A stretch of DNA of 64,000 nt from Parcubacteria group bacterium (GTDB lineage Bacteria > Patescibacteriota > Patescibacteriia > Buchananbacterales > UBA6539), in the NCBI GenBank assembly GCA_002687175.1, contig NYZP01000034.1:27951-91950 (forward strand), given 5' to 3'. Shown here in pieces: positions 36,797-45,879 of the stretch. A model generated the notes under the pieces. It saw only the letters and a list, made by a program, of their open reading frames with translations. It was not told the origin of the DNA and made no database searches. A program made the position numbers and the translations under genes. Every line of letters starts with the position of its first letter. The first letter of the stretch is position 1.

Positions 36797-38171
36797 CACA
36801 AATTCCAAAATTTTTAGATTTTTTTTAATCTGTTTTATTATAGGTGTCGCTCTGGCATCATTTATTGCAATTAATGATTTTTGGTTGTTTTTGATGGGAT
36901 TATTGATAATGATTGGTTCAGTTTTTTTATGGTCAAAAAAATTTTGGCGCTTTATATTTATCGGCGTAATTATTATTGTTGTAGGAATTTGGCGTTATCA
37001 ATTTTCTGTACCAAAAATAGATGAAACAAAAATATCTTTTTATGTAGAGCAACAAGTTTTTTTTAAAGGTCTGGTAGTCAAAGAAGCTGATCAAAGAATT
37101 AACCATACAAAATTAACTGTTGAGGTTCAAGGATTAGAGAATAAAAAAGTTAACGGTAAAGTCTTAGTCGGTGTACCGTTATATCCTAAGTATCAATATG
37201 GTGACTTGGTTAGCATTAGCTGTAAATTGAGGTCGCCCGAGCCATTCAACGGTTTTGCTTATGATCGATATTTGGCAAAAAGTGATATCTACTCTCAATG
37301 TAGCTTCCCTCGAGTTAAATTAATTAGCCGTGGTAATGGAGACTATCTGTTAACTAAAATTTTTGAATTTAAAAATAAATTAAAATTAATCATTAATAAA
37401 AATTTACCAGAACCACAGGCCAGTTTATTTTCGGCTATTTCGTTAGGGTCACGGCGTGGTGTGCCTCAAGAATTGTCTGACAAATTCAGCATTACTGGCA
37501 CTAGCCATTTGATTGCTATTTCGGGAATGCATATTACCATTATCACAGTCATTCTGATGAAAATTGGTTTAGCGCTTTACCTGCCTCGCAAAAAAGTTTT
37601 CTGGTTAGTTACTTTAATGCTAATTGGCTATGTAACGATGATTGGTTTTCCAGCATCAGCGGTTCGCGCTTCCACCATGGGTTTTTTAGCAATGTGGGCT
37701 TTGTATCTCGGTCGACTTAATCAATCGGTGAATGCTTTAATCTTTGCCGCTTTTGTCATGATTTTGGTAAATCCTAAAATTTTGCGTGACGACATTGGTT
37801 TTCAGCTATCTTTTTGTGCGGTTATAGGTTTAATTTATATGTCACCAATGTTTGAGAAGTGGTTGGCAAAAATGCCGTCGTATTTGGGAATTAAAGAATC
37901 GTTACAAATGACCCTGGCGGCTCAGATTACCACTATGCCATTAATTATTTTTAATTTTGGTCGGTTATCTTTAATTGGTCTGTTAGCAAATCTTCTAGTT
38001 TTACCAGTTTTACCTTATTTAATGATCGTTGGTTTTAGCGCTTTATTATTAAGTCTTGTCTTTACAAGCTACAGTTTTTATTTATTTTGGCCAGTATTTT
38101 TTATTTTATCTTATCTAATTAAAGTAATAGAGTGGTTAAGTCTAGTACCGTTAGCGGCAATAAATTTTTGA
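36789..38171 (+). CDS. comEC: ComEC/Rec2 competence channel, membrane (competence) domain
   Basis: 'SHLIAISGMHITIIT' motif with multiple TM helices. Confidence 0.65.
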   Translation: MFNTNSKIFRFFLICFIIGVALASFIAINDFWLFLMGLLIMIGSVFLWSKKFWRFIFIGVIIIVVGIWRYQFSVPKIDETKISFYVEQQVFFKGLVVKEADQRINHTKLTVEVQGLENKKVNGKVLVGVPLYPKYQYGDLVSISCKLRSPEPFNGFAYDRYLAKSDIYSQCSFPRVKLISRGNGDYLLTKIFEFKNKLKLIINKNLPEPQASLFSAISLGSRRGVPQELSDKFSITGTSHLIAISGMHITIITVILMKIGLALYLPRKKVFWLVTLMLIGYVTMIGFPASAVRASTMGFLAMWALYLGRLNQSVNALIFAAFVMILVNPKILRDDIGFQLSFCAVIGLIYMSPMFEKWLAKMPSYLGIKESLQMTLAAQITTMPLIIFNFGRLSLIGLLANLLVLPVLPYLMIVGFSALLLSLVFTSYSFYLFWPVFFILSYLIKVIEWLSLVPLAAINF

Positions 38172-38199
38172 AGAAAAACCGCAGCTTCATTTATATCCT

Positions 38200-39063
38200 A
38201 TGCGATCAAATGTCAAAAAAATTATTATTAGCTTGTTTGCTATTTTGATAGCCACTTTTATGATTATCACTTATGTGATTTTTTTGGCCAGCAAGCCATC
38301 GGATTTAAAATTTTATGTTTTTGATATTGGTCAAGGTGATGCGATGTTGATTAGAACTCCCAGCCATCACAATATTTTAATTGATGGTGGTCCGGACAAT
38401 AGCGTTGTCTATAAGTTAGGGGAGTATTTGCCATTTTATGACCGCACTATTGATTTAATGATTTTGTCACATCCTCACACTGATCATTTAGCTGGTCTTA
38501 ATGAAGTCTTAGCTAGATACAAAGTGAAACATATCTTAACAACTGGAATTTTTTATAAGTCAGCGTTTTATGCAGCTTGGCTTAATAGTATTTTAGAAAA
38601 AAATATATTTATGGAAATAGTAACTAAATCAAAAAAAATTTTTTTGGGTGAAACAGAATTAAATATTATATTACCAAATCAAAACTATATTAATCAAGAA
38701 ATCAAAAATTTAAATAATGCTTCGATTGTGATCAAATTAAATTTTGCCAGCACCTCAATTATGCTAACCGGTGACTACGAAGACGAAGAAAGCCTAGTTG
38801 GTGTTCATGATTTAAATGCTGATATTTTAAAAGTAGGTCATCACGGTTCTCACAATGCTAATAGCTTTGAATTTTTATCTGCAGTTAATCCTGCTTACGC
38901 CACTATTTCTAGCGGTGTTGATAATAAATTTGGTCATCCTCATTTATCAACCCTAAATGACTTAAGTAGCTTAGAAGTTAAGGTTTTTAATACTGCTTTA
39001 GCTGGCGATATTATTTTTAGCTCTGACGGAGAGGTTATTACCTACTACTTGAAAAATAAATAA
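38200..39063 (+). CDS. ComEC-type metallo-beta-lactamase domain protein (split from the membrane domain)
   Basis: 'MILSHPHTDHLAGL', 'VGHHGSHN', and 'KFGHPH'. Confidence 0.65.
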   Translation: MRSNVKKIIISLFAILIATFMIITYVIFLASKPSDLKFYVFDIGQGDAMLIRTPSHHNILIDGGPDNSVVYKLGEYLPFYDRTIDLMILSHPHTDHLAGLNEVLARYKVKHILTTGIFYKSAFYAAWLNSILEKNIFMEIVTKSKKIFLGETELNIILPNQNYINQEIKNLNNASIVIKLNFASTSIMLTGDYEDEESLVGVHDLNADILKVGHHGSHNANSFEFLSAVNPAYATISSGVDNKFGHPHLSTLNDLSSLEVKVFNTALAGDIIFSSDGEVITYYLKNK

Positions 39064-39083
39064 AACCTGTTATAATAGTTAAT

Positions 39084-39461
39084 ATGGAAAACAATAGTCA
39101 CAAAATTTTACTAGTAGAAGATGACCCCACTCTACTAGAAATGTACTCAATTAAGGCTAAAGAGGACGGTTTGAATTTAATAGAAGCCGAAGATGGCTTA
39201 ACCGGTTTAGAGTTAGCCCAACAAGAATTACCAGACGTCATTTTACTGGATATTATGATGCCTAAAATGGATGGTTTTGCGGTTTTAACAGAACTAAAAA
39301 AAGATGAGAAAACAAAAAATATTCCGGTTGTGATGTTAACTAATTTGGGCCAAAAGGCTGACGTTGAAAAAGGGAAAAAACTGGGAGCCGTTGATTATGT
39401 CGTCAAAGCTTCGATGACCCCAACTCAAGTAATTGAAAAAGCTAAATCATATTTAAAGTAA
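39084..39461 (+). CDS. Stand-alone response-regulator receiver domain
   Basis: 'ILLVEDDP' and 'VILLDIMMPKMDGF'. Confidence 0.7.
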   Translation: MENNSHKILLVEDDPTLLEMYSIKAKEDGLNLIEAEDGLTGLELAQQELPDVILLDIMMPKMDGFAVLTELKKDEKTKNIPVVMLTNLGQKADVEKGKKLGAVDYVVKASMTPTQVIEKAKSYLK

Positions 39462-39470
39462 TTGTAAATA

Positions 39471-40073
39471 ATGGCAGATCTAAAAAAGGAAAGAACATTG
39501 GTTATTATTAAACCAGATGGTGTGCAACGGTCTTTAATCGGGGAAATTATAAGACGAATTGAAAGAACCGGATTAAAATTCGTTGCTTTTAAATTTTTAG
39601 TGGCAACCGAAGATCAATGCTGGGAACATTATCACAAGGAAGAAGCTTGGTTTTTAGAAAAAGGTAATAGAATAACCCAAGACAGAAAAAATCAAAATTT
39701 ACCAATCGAGAAAGAGCCTTTGGAATACGGCAAAGATATTATTCAATCAAATGTTGATCTTTTTACTTCCGGACCGGTTTTAGCGATGGTGGTGGAAGGA
39801 AATGGTGCGGTTGGTATTACTAAAAAATTAATTGGCGCGACCGAGCCGACAACTTCTGATGTTGGCACAATTAGGGGTGATTACACGTTGGATTCTTATG
39901 AGCTATCAAGTATTGATAATCGGGCAGTCAGAAACTTAGTTCATTGTTCTGACAGTACAGAAGAAGCTGGTCGTGAGATCAAAATTTGGTTTGATGATAA
40001 GGATATAATTAAATACAGATTAGTTGCAGATCAAATTTTATACGATGTAAATTTAGACGGAATTTTAGAGTAG
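39471..40073 (+). CDS. ndk: Nucleoside diphosphate kinase (long form)
   Basis: 'ERTLVIIKPDGVQRSLIGEIIRRIE' and 'NLVHCSDS' (catalytic His region). Confidence 0.75.
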   Translation: MADLKKERTLVIIKPDGVQRSLIGEIIRRIERTGLKFVAFKFLVATEDQCWEHYHKEEAWFLEKGNRITQDRKNQNLPIEKEPLEYGKDIIQSNVDLFTSGPVLAMVVEGNGAVGITKKLIGATEPTTSDVGTIRGDYTLDSYELSSIDNRAVRNLVHCSDSTEEAGREIKIWFDDKDIIKYRLVADQILYDVNLDGILE

Positions 40074-40170
40074 GTAGATCATATAACATACAGCATGTAG
40101 CAATTAATGTTCAACAAGGCGCAGAAATGCGTTTTTTTGATTATATTTAATCTGGAGAGTTATTTTTATT

Positions 40171-40522
40171 GTCATCCCTGCGAAAGCAGGGATCCAGAAA
40201 TACTATGAGAAGTTACTATACATATATTTTAGCCAGTAAGAGAAATGGAACGCTTTATATTGGTGTTACTAATGATTTAGTCAGGAGAGTTAATGAGCAC
40301 AAAGAAGGTTTGATTAAAGGTTTTACCAGAAAATATAAAGTTAAAATGCTAGTTTATTATGAAGAATTTGATGACATTGGCTTGGCAATTCAAAGGGAGA
40401 AAAATTTGAAGAAGTGGAAGCGCAATTGGAAGTTACTATTAATTGAAAACTTTAATTCTAACTGGGAGGATTTGTACTTCAAGTTATTTTAAATGCTGGA
40501 TCCCTGCTTTCGCAGGGATGAC
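40171..40522 (+). mobile_element. Compact 352-bp mini-element: a GIY-YIG nuclease ORF bracketed by 27-bp perfect inverted-repeat hairpins
   Basis: IR-L 'gtcatccctgcgaaagcagggatccag' (40171-97) and IR-R 'ctggatccctgctttcgcagggatgac' (40496-522). Each is also a GAAA-tetraloop hairpin. Confidence 0.6.
40205..40492 (+). CDS. Small GIY-YIG endonuclease (UPF0213-like)
   Basis: 'YYTYILASKRNGTLYIGVTNDLVRRVNEH' GIY-YIG motif. The true start is the ATG at 40205. Confidence 0.7.
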   Translation: MRSYYTYILASKRNGTLYIGVTNDLVRRVNEHKEGLIKGFTRKYKVKMLVYYEEFDDIGLAIQREKNLKKWKRNWKLLLIENFNSNWEDLYFKLF

Positions 40523-40727
40523 AAATAAAGGAGCAGTACGTTAAATAGTTGCTACAGGCTTTGTGCTATATGTTACATGAAAATAGCCTAAAATAGGCTG
40601 TTTTTTTATTATGGTCGCCAAAAGTGTACTGGACAATGATGGACAGTGGATATCTTATGCTTGACAATGCTGGACAAGATCTTTAAAATTAAGTCAAGTT
40701 GACCAGATTGGTCGCTAAACAAAAACT

Positions 40728-40904
40728 GTGCCAAACTATAATGTTCTAACCCTCGAAGAGGTTGCAAAGATCATGAAGGTAAGCCTTAAAACGGTTTACC
40801 GCTGGGTTGGTTCAAAAAAATTACGGGCAGCGAAGATAGGGCACAAAACATATCGGGTTTTAGAGAAAGATCTAATTAAGTTCATAAACGATCATATGGA
40901 ATGA
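40728..40904 (+). CDS. Unannotated 58-aa excisionase/MerR-type HTH DNA-binding protein (Xis family)
   Basis: 'LTLEEVAKIMKVSLKTVYRWVGSKKLRAAKIGHKTYRV' matches the excisionase-family HTH. GTG start at 40728, stop at 40902-04. Absent from the ORF track, presumably because it is short. Two approximately 17-bp direct repeats lie upstream at 40633-40680. Confidence 0.55.
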   Translation: MPNYNVLTLEEVAKIMKVSLKTVYRWVGSKKLRAAKIGHKTYRVLEKDLIKFINDHME

Positions 40905-40955
40905 ACTGATTAGGTCTTTTTTGCTACCTAATTTTTATAAGTCGTTAGTTAAACA

Positions 40956-41273
40956 ATGTCACCATACTTAAGTAAAAATTACCGCTTCAAGAAAAAGCCA
41001 CGACTGCAATCGCTTCGTGAAGCCGGGCTTTTTGTTGGCTTTTCTATGTTGGCGATAATGTTGACCTTGTTTGTCTTGGGATGGATTGCCTATGCCTTTG
41101 AAGCTCAAGCCGCTTCGGGAATTAACCAACAGCTAAACTACCAGGGTAAGATGACCGATTCGTCTGGGTTGACCGTATCAGATGCTTCATGGAACTTTAA
41201 GTTTGAACCAGAGGCCACCACCGAAGAGATTGTGGTTGAGGATGGAGACACTGTGCAAACAAGTTCACTATAA
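40956..41273 (+). CDS. Hypothetical small membrane protein
   Basis: One TM helix 'LFVGFSMLAIMLTLFVLGWIAYAF'. Confidence 0.35.
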   Translation: MSPYLSKNYRFKKKPRLQSLREAGLFVGFSMLAIMLTLFVLGWIAYAFEAQAASGINQQLNYQGKMTDSSGLTVSDASWNFKFEPEATTEEIVVEDGDTVQTSSL

Positions 41274-41332
41274 CGTGTTATCCTGAACTTGTTTCAGTAT
41301 CTCATTCAACGAGATTCCGAAACAAGTTCGGA

Positions 41333-42967
41333 ATGACAATAAAAAGGTTTAAACTCATGTTTAAAATAAAAATCGCATTACTAACAGTACTGTCCGGAGT
41401 AGTTATGTGGCTGGCCCATAATTATTCTATTTTGTGGTTCGTCTCTTTGATTGGTTTAATTCCAATACTGTATATAGTCTACACCCAAAATTTAAAGCAT
41501 TATCAAAATTTTTTGGTTGGTTTTGTTGCCGGTACTATCATGCTGGCCGGTGTCATGCTGTGGCACTGGAATATGTTGCCGCTTGATTGGGCTGGCATTA
41601 ACAATTCAGCCAGCGAACTATTTTTAGTTTTTTATATCTGGATATTGTCGTCAACTACCGCTGGCCTCATTGGGCTTTGGACATTAGGCTTAGGATATTT
41701 AAAAAGAAATAATTGGTTTGACTTATTATTGGCTCCGGCGTTGTGGGTGGTGATTGAGTTTATTAGATCAATTGTTGTTTCAATTTTGTGGCATGGCGAG
41801 GGCTCGACAATTGGATCACACTGGAGCATATCTTTTGTTGGTTATGATCTAGCAGCAGCAAATTTTTTGTTACCATTTGGGGCCATCGGCGGCGTGTACA
41901 TTTTAAGTTTCATCGTTATTCTGTTTAACCTACTTTTATTTTTTTATTTCAGAGATTATTTAGAAAAACAGAATTTAACAATTCATTATAAATTAGCCGG
42001 GGTTGTTATTTTAGTTATTGTTATTTTTAACATTGGCAATTCAATTATTCGTCATCAGTCAGAGCCAGAAAAAATTGTTCCAGTGGCTGTGGTTAATACT
42101 TACTTAGAATCATTTTCGCGAATAACCAAAGATCAGTTTGGAGATATCACTGATAGCCATAAGGCTCTGCTTAGCACTATCAAAAAGGAGAATCGTTCTC
42201 CTAAAATAATAATTTTTCCTGAAGACTCAAGGTTCTTAGTTGGTTTAACAGTTGCCGAAGAACAAAATTTTTTAAAAGAAATATTTAATGATCAAGAAGT
42301 TTTAATTATTGATTCTGCAAGAATACCCAAAGAAGAAGGCAAACCAGTAGCTTTAACTTTTAATTTTTTAAACATCACGGAAGATCAAATCGTTTTTTCT
42401 GATAAACAATTTTTAATACCACATGGTGAATACATTCCTTATTTAAGCGCCGGTATTCTTAGATTAACCGGCAATGGCGAATGGGTAGATAATTTCAGTG
42501 CCTCCCGTGGATTTTCCAAAGGGAAAAATGTAAAATTAGTTGACTTTATGGATTTTAAAATTGGTGCCTTGGCCTGCTCCGAAGCAATGTCATTATCATT
42601 TAATCGTAAACTGGTTGATCAAGGAACTGGTTTTATTATAAACATAGCCTCACACTCATTATTTAACGGTTCAAAAATTTTGTATAATCAGATTTTAAAC
42701 ATGGGCAAGTTACGGGCTATTGAAAATAATCGATACTACGTTCATGCCGGAAATTTTGTTCCTTCGTTTGTTATTGATAATCAAGGCAGGTTAGTTCAAG
42801 AGTCTGATTGGGGAGAGGATTCATTAATTTATCAAGATATTGCGATTATTGAAAGTGATTCTTTCTACAACCGTTTTGGACGCTGGATCTTTTCTGGATT
42901 ATTCATACTAATTATCTTCATAGGTCTATTAGTTAGATTAAAGCCTAAATTTGGGAAATATATCTGA
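41333..42967 (+). CDS. lnt: Apolipoprotein N-acyltransferase-like (TM domain plus CN-hydrolase domain)
   Basis: Six to seven N-terminal TM helices. C-terminal nitrilase-fold domain with a Cys in 'IGALACSE'. Confidence 0.5.
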   Translation: MTIKRFKLMFKIKIALLTVLSGVVMWLAHNYSILWFVSLIGLIPILYIVYTQNLKHYQNFLVGFVAGTIMLAGVMLWHWNMLPLDWAGINNSASELFLVFYIWILSSTTAGLIGLWTLGLGYLKRNNWFDLLLAPALWVVIEFIRSIVVSILWHGEGSTIGSHWSISFVGYDLAAANFLLPFGAIGGVYILSFIVILFNLLLFFYFRDYLEKQNLTIHYKLAGVVILVIVIFNIGNSIIRHQSEPEKIVPVAVVNTYLESFSRITKDQFGDITDSHKALLSTIKKENRSPKIIIFPEDSRFLVGLTVAEEQNFLKEIFNDQEVLIIDSARIPKEEGKPVALTFNFLNITEDQIVFSDKQFLIPHGEYIPYLSAGILRLTGNGEWVDNFSASRGFSKGKNVKLVDFMDFKIGALACSEAMSLSFNRKLVDQGTGFIINIASHSLFNGSKILYNQILNMGKLRAIENNRYYVHAGNFVPSFVIDNQGRLVQESDWGEDSLIYQDIAIIESDSFYNRFGRWIFSGLFILIIFIGLLVRLKPKFGKYI

Positions 42968-43260
42968 ATCCTTGACTAATTTAATTAGATAGATTATCAT
43001 AATTAAAACTATGACTTCCCAACGAATTAACATTTCGACTGCGCTCAGTGCAGGCATTATTATTAACATTATTATCCAGCCTTTAGGTGGAAGTCTTTCG
43101 ATGAAGTAAACACTAAGCAATACGATCTGACAGACCTTCCACCAGGAAGGTTTTTTTGATTGTTTTGCTTGGGCAGAACATATACTTAGGAGGAGGGCAC
43201 CTGCTCTTTGTCACAACTTAACCAGAAACTTTGGAAAATTTACAGAAGGAGAAACATAAC

Positions 43261-43890
43261 ATGAGTTCAGGTAGTCTTTTAATGAATGACGTTCCCGACG
43301 GGAGTGTAGCTACTCGTTTTCAAACTGAAGACTATATTAAGGCGATGATCGGTACCATTGATTTTGGTGACGTAACGATTGGACCGGAAATTGTAACAAA
43401 GGTTTTCCACCGTTGTCAGGAATTGGCAACTCAAGGAGTTACCTTTGACGAAGCTCAAGCTTCGTTTATACTACTGGTCTTGGAAGAATTTGGTTTAGAG
43501 TTAGCCCAGTTCAAATGCTTGTCCGGTCAGGTTACAGTATCTTTTGGCGAGGACAGAGAATCGATATGTGACGCAACCATAAAGGTTGATACCGGCGTCG
43601 ATGAGCCAAAGCATGTAGCTTATGAGGATGCTACACCAGTTAGAGCCTTAAACGGTGCTTTGCAGAAAGTTGTTGTTTCTTTAGCTGACGGGATTACCTT
43701 AGGCAATGTTGTTAAGGAACGTATTCCAACTTCTGATGGCGCTCCAGAGGTTTATCGGGCTACTATTACCTTGGAAAATTGTACTGATACGTGGACCTCT
43801 GTTGGCGTTGGACCGAACCTGATTGAGGCCTTTATTAAGGCCTTGCTCGATGGCTATCGCTATGCCGCTTATCGGCACAATTTGCCATAA
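43261..43890 (+). CDS. Hypothetical protein with a LeuA-allosteric-domain-like C-terminus
   Basis: 'TDTWTSVGVGPNLIEAFIKALLDGY' resembles the GxGPxxAxxxAL motif of the 2-isopropylmalate synthase regulatory domain. SD 'aaggag' precedes the ATG at 43261. Terminator at 43899-43937. Confidence 0.35.
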   Translation: MSSGSLLMNDVPDGSVATRFQTEDYIKAMIGTIDFGDVTIGPEIVTKVFHRCQELATQGVTFDEAQASFILLVLEEFGLELAQFKCLSGQVTVSFGEDRESICDATIKVDTGVDEPKHVAYEDATPVRALNGALQKVVVSLADGITLGNVVKERIPTSDGAPEVYRATITLENCTDTWTSVGVGPNLIEAFIKALLDGYRYAAYRHNLP

Positions 43891-43956
43891 TCCTGGTTAA
43901 AATGCTCATAGCTGGTCACTTTTTAGTGATCAGCTTTTTTTGTGGAAAAGTAAGAT

Positions 43957-44010
43957 TTTCCGCCAGAGGTAGCCTGTCCGTCCTCTGGCGGAGATGCGCC
44001 TATGGCGCAG
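43957..44010. repeat. Intergenic GC-rich palindromic units (CCGCCAGAGG...CCTCTGGCGG; GCGCC-tat-GGCGC)
   Basis: 10-bp stem 'ccgccagagg'/'cctctggcgg' (43961-70 / 43982-91). Same family as the in-frame units at 33941 and 63188. Confidence 0.6.
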
Positions 44011-44255
44011 ACATCCATAAATTAATATAAATTACTAATATAGATGTGGGGTTGACATCATCTGCCAGTCTGTTAACCTAACTATATGAGATTTATTGCT
44101 CGAACAAACCTACTGGGTTTACTGCTAGCCAACAGCTAGGTGGTTTGAGTTGTAGATAAAAAATACAAGTAATCAATCATCTAGTTCAAATCTGGGCTAG
44201 TTTTTTTGTTGTTTGAAATTGAATTGATCTTTTAACAAAAAGAGGAGAATATATT

Positions 44256-44636
44256 ATGGCCAGTATGGAGTCTTGCTGGGAACTAGCTGATGTTAGATTA
44301 TCTACTGTTAGGTGTGGAGAACAAATGGTTTTTGTTAATCTAAGATTTGGTCAGGAAAATCATAATGATACCTCAAATGACAGCTGTCTTTTTTCAGCCG
44401 TGATTAAAGCTATTGCCAGAGCAACAGACATTGAACTATCTTTGATTCAATTTAATGTCCGGCAGGTAAATGATCACGAGGTAGAAGTTCACGCTACAAT
44501 TCGCAGCAATGGACAATTAACTATTGTTACTGGAATTGATAATGATATTATCTCAGCTTTTGCCAAGGTGGTGGTTGCGGCTGTTAACCGTTCTTTAGAG
44601 AAAAATAAGACGCCAGGATTTATACCTGGATGTTAA
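44256..44636 (+). CDS. Hypothetical protein, LeuA-allosteric-domain-like (paralog-like of 43261..43890)
   Basis: 'GQLTIVTGIDNDIISAFAKVVVAAVNRSL'. Confidence 0.35.
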   Translation: MASMESCWELADVRLSTVRCGEQMVFVNLRFGQENHNDTSNDSCLFSAVIKAIARATDIELSLIQFNVRQVNDHEVEVHATIRSNGQLTIVTGIDNDIISAFAKVVVAAVNRSLEKNKTPGFIPGC

Positions 44637-44689
44637 ATAGAAGATATTTTTGACCGTGTTCGTATTTATTACAGCCCGGTCTTTTTTTA

Positions 44690-44756
44690 CCCCCCACTTT
44701 TTTAATAAAAGTGTGGGGGTTTATTTGACCACGTCGTTCGCGAACGACGTGGTTGA
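44690..44756 (+). terminator. Two consecutive strong hairpins (terminators) after the 44256..44636 gene
   Basis: 'cccccac(t)ttt..aaaagtgtggggg' and the 26-bp perfect palindrome 'ccacgtcgttcgcgaacgacgtgg'. Confidence 0.5.
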
Positions 44757-44786
44757 CAAATTTTTTATATTTGTTAGAATTTAATT

Positions 44787-44940
44787 TCAACGGCGGCCTG
44801 TTGTAGTCGAAAGCTAGTGAGAGAGGTCTCTCCTCCTGGGTTCTAAGAGATCTGATGCTTTCTGAGCGTCTTCTGGAATTACAGACGCTTACCGACAAGA
44901 CTCCAGGCCGCCGTTCCTTATTTGTTCTTTATTTTTTTTG
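44787..44940 (+). ncRNA. Candidate structured small RNA with its own promoter, a 12-bp terminal closing helix and a 3' U-tract
   Basis: Promoter TTGACA (44753-58), 16-nt spacer, TAGAAT (44775-80). 5' 'aacggcggcctg' (44789-800) pairs with 3' 'caggccgccgtt' (44904-15). Internal hairpins are present. U-run at 44932-39. No plausible ORF; the minus-strand track ORF 44620..44898 is likely spurious. Confidence 0.35.
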
Positions 44941-45041
44941 GACTCTATCCATTAGCTGGCTGGTCGTGAAAGGTGCCTCTGAAATTCTTCACAAGGGGTG
45001 AAGATTATTAAAGAGGTTCACGGAACCCAGGAAAGAGTCCT

Positions 45042-45111
45042 CGGCGTGTAGCTCAGGAAGAGCGCCTTGCTTGGGGCAAGGAGGTCGTAGGTGAAAATCC
45101 TGCCACGCCAA
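45042..45111 (+). tRNA. tRNA-like element, possibly tRNA-Pro(UGG), with an atypical T-loop and a short D-loop (could be a pseudo-tRNA or att remnant)
   Basis: Acceptor 'cggcgtg'/'cacgcca' (C1-A72 mismatch), U8 A9, D-stem gctc/gagc, anticodon stem ccttg/caagg, loop 'cuUGGgg' (T33, G37), variable 'aggtc', T-stem gtagg/cctgc. The T-loop is 'tgaaaat' rather than TTCRANY. Confidence 0.3.
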
Positions 45112-45392
45112 CTCAATCTTCCGGTCCTAGACAAATTAGTCTAGGACCTTTTTTTATTTGACATATTTTTTTCAATGATATAGTCTTTATATATAGTATG
45201 AAAAAAGCAATTTCTGAAAATTTAGCCCATAAGTGGTTTTTCGTCACTTATTTTACTGACCGAACAGGTTAGCTGGCTTTATTTATAGTAATTGTTTAAA
45301 CAAAAACTTAAAAAATAAAGTCAACTGACCGACATAAGGCCAGTTTTTTGTTTTTTGGGAGTAGCATGGAACCTTATAACAGGGAGGAAAAA

Positions 45393-45866
45393 ATGGAAAC
45401 TCAAGCCGAAGGAGATATTGTGGGGTTCGAAGTCCAACTGGGTAGTGCTGTTTGTAGTGTTTTAACTACACTGCCAGATAAGAATATTACTGACCGGGAG
45501 TTGGTGATCAAGAAGGCCTTACTTTATGTCTCGGTTAATGGGTCACAAAGGGCCAAGGCCAATAAAACTATTCGTCAGTTAGTGGCGGCAACACCAGTTT
45601 GTTACGGCGTACTGCGCAAGAATACGTTTTGGCGAATAGTTTTGGACTATTTGACTGTTGAAGAAGCGGTTCAGGCATATTTGGTACGTTTCCCAAAAAC
45701 CTTGACTGATCGACAACGTCAAAGTATCATTGACTATTTGGTTGACGAAAGAAAGTTTTCATTCGAGTTAGTCAATCAGTGCATGGTTAAGTTTGGCCGC
45801 CGTCGACGAATTGGCTACAAACATAGCTGTACCCGTAAAAGTCATCATGGTTTTGTATCCAACTAG
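45393..45866 (+). CDS. Hypothetical protein
   Basis: SD 'agggagg' precedes the ATG at 45393 (the track ORF starts at 45348). Basic C-terminus. Confidence 0.35.
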   Translation: METQAEGDIVGFEVQLGSAVCSVLTTLPDKNITDRELVIKKALLYVSVNGSQRAKANKTIRQLVAATPVCYGVLRKNTFWRIVLDYLTVEEAVQAYLVRFPKTLTDRQRQSIIDYLVDERKFSFELVNQCMVKFGRRRRIGYKHSCTRKSHHGFVSN

Positions 45867-45879
45867 GAGGATAGTTTAT

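Noticed and set aside
44620-44898. Minus-strand 92-aa ORF in the track overlapping the candidate sRNA.
   Set aside because: It spans two terminators and a promoter, has no RBS, and its basic composition looks like a translation of structured RNA. It is more likely non-coding.
44940-45115. Partial resemblance to RNase P RNA conserved regions ('ggaaagagtcc', 'gtgaaaggtgcc', 'acagacgcttaccg').
   Set aside because: The motifs occur in the wrong order and spacing for a P4 pseudoknot architecture, so this is probably coincidental.
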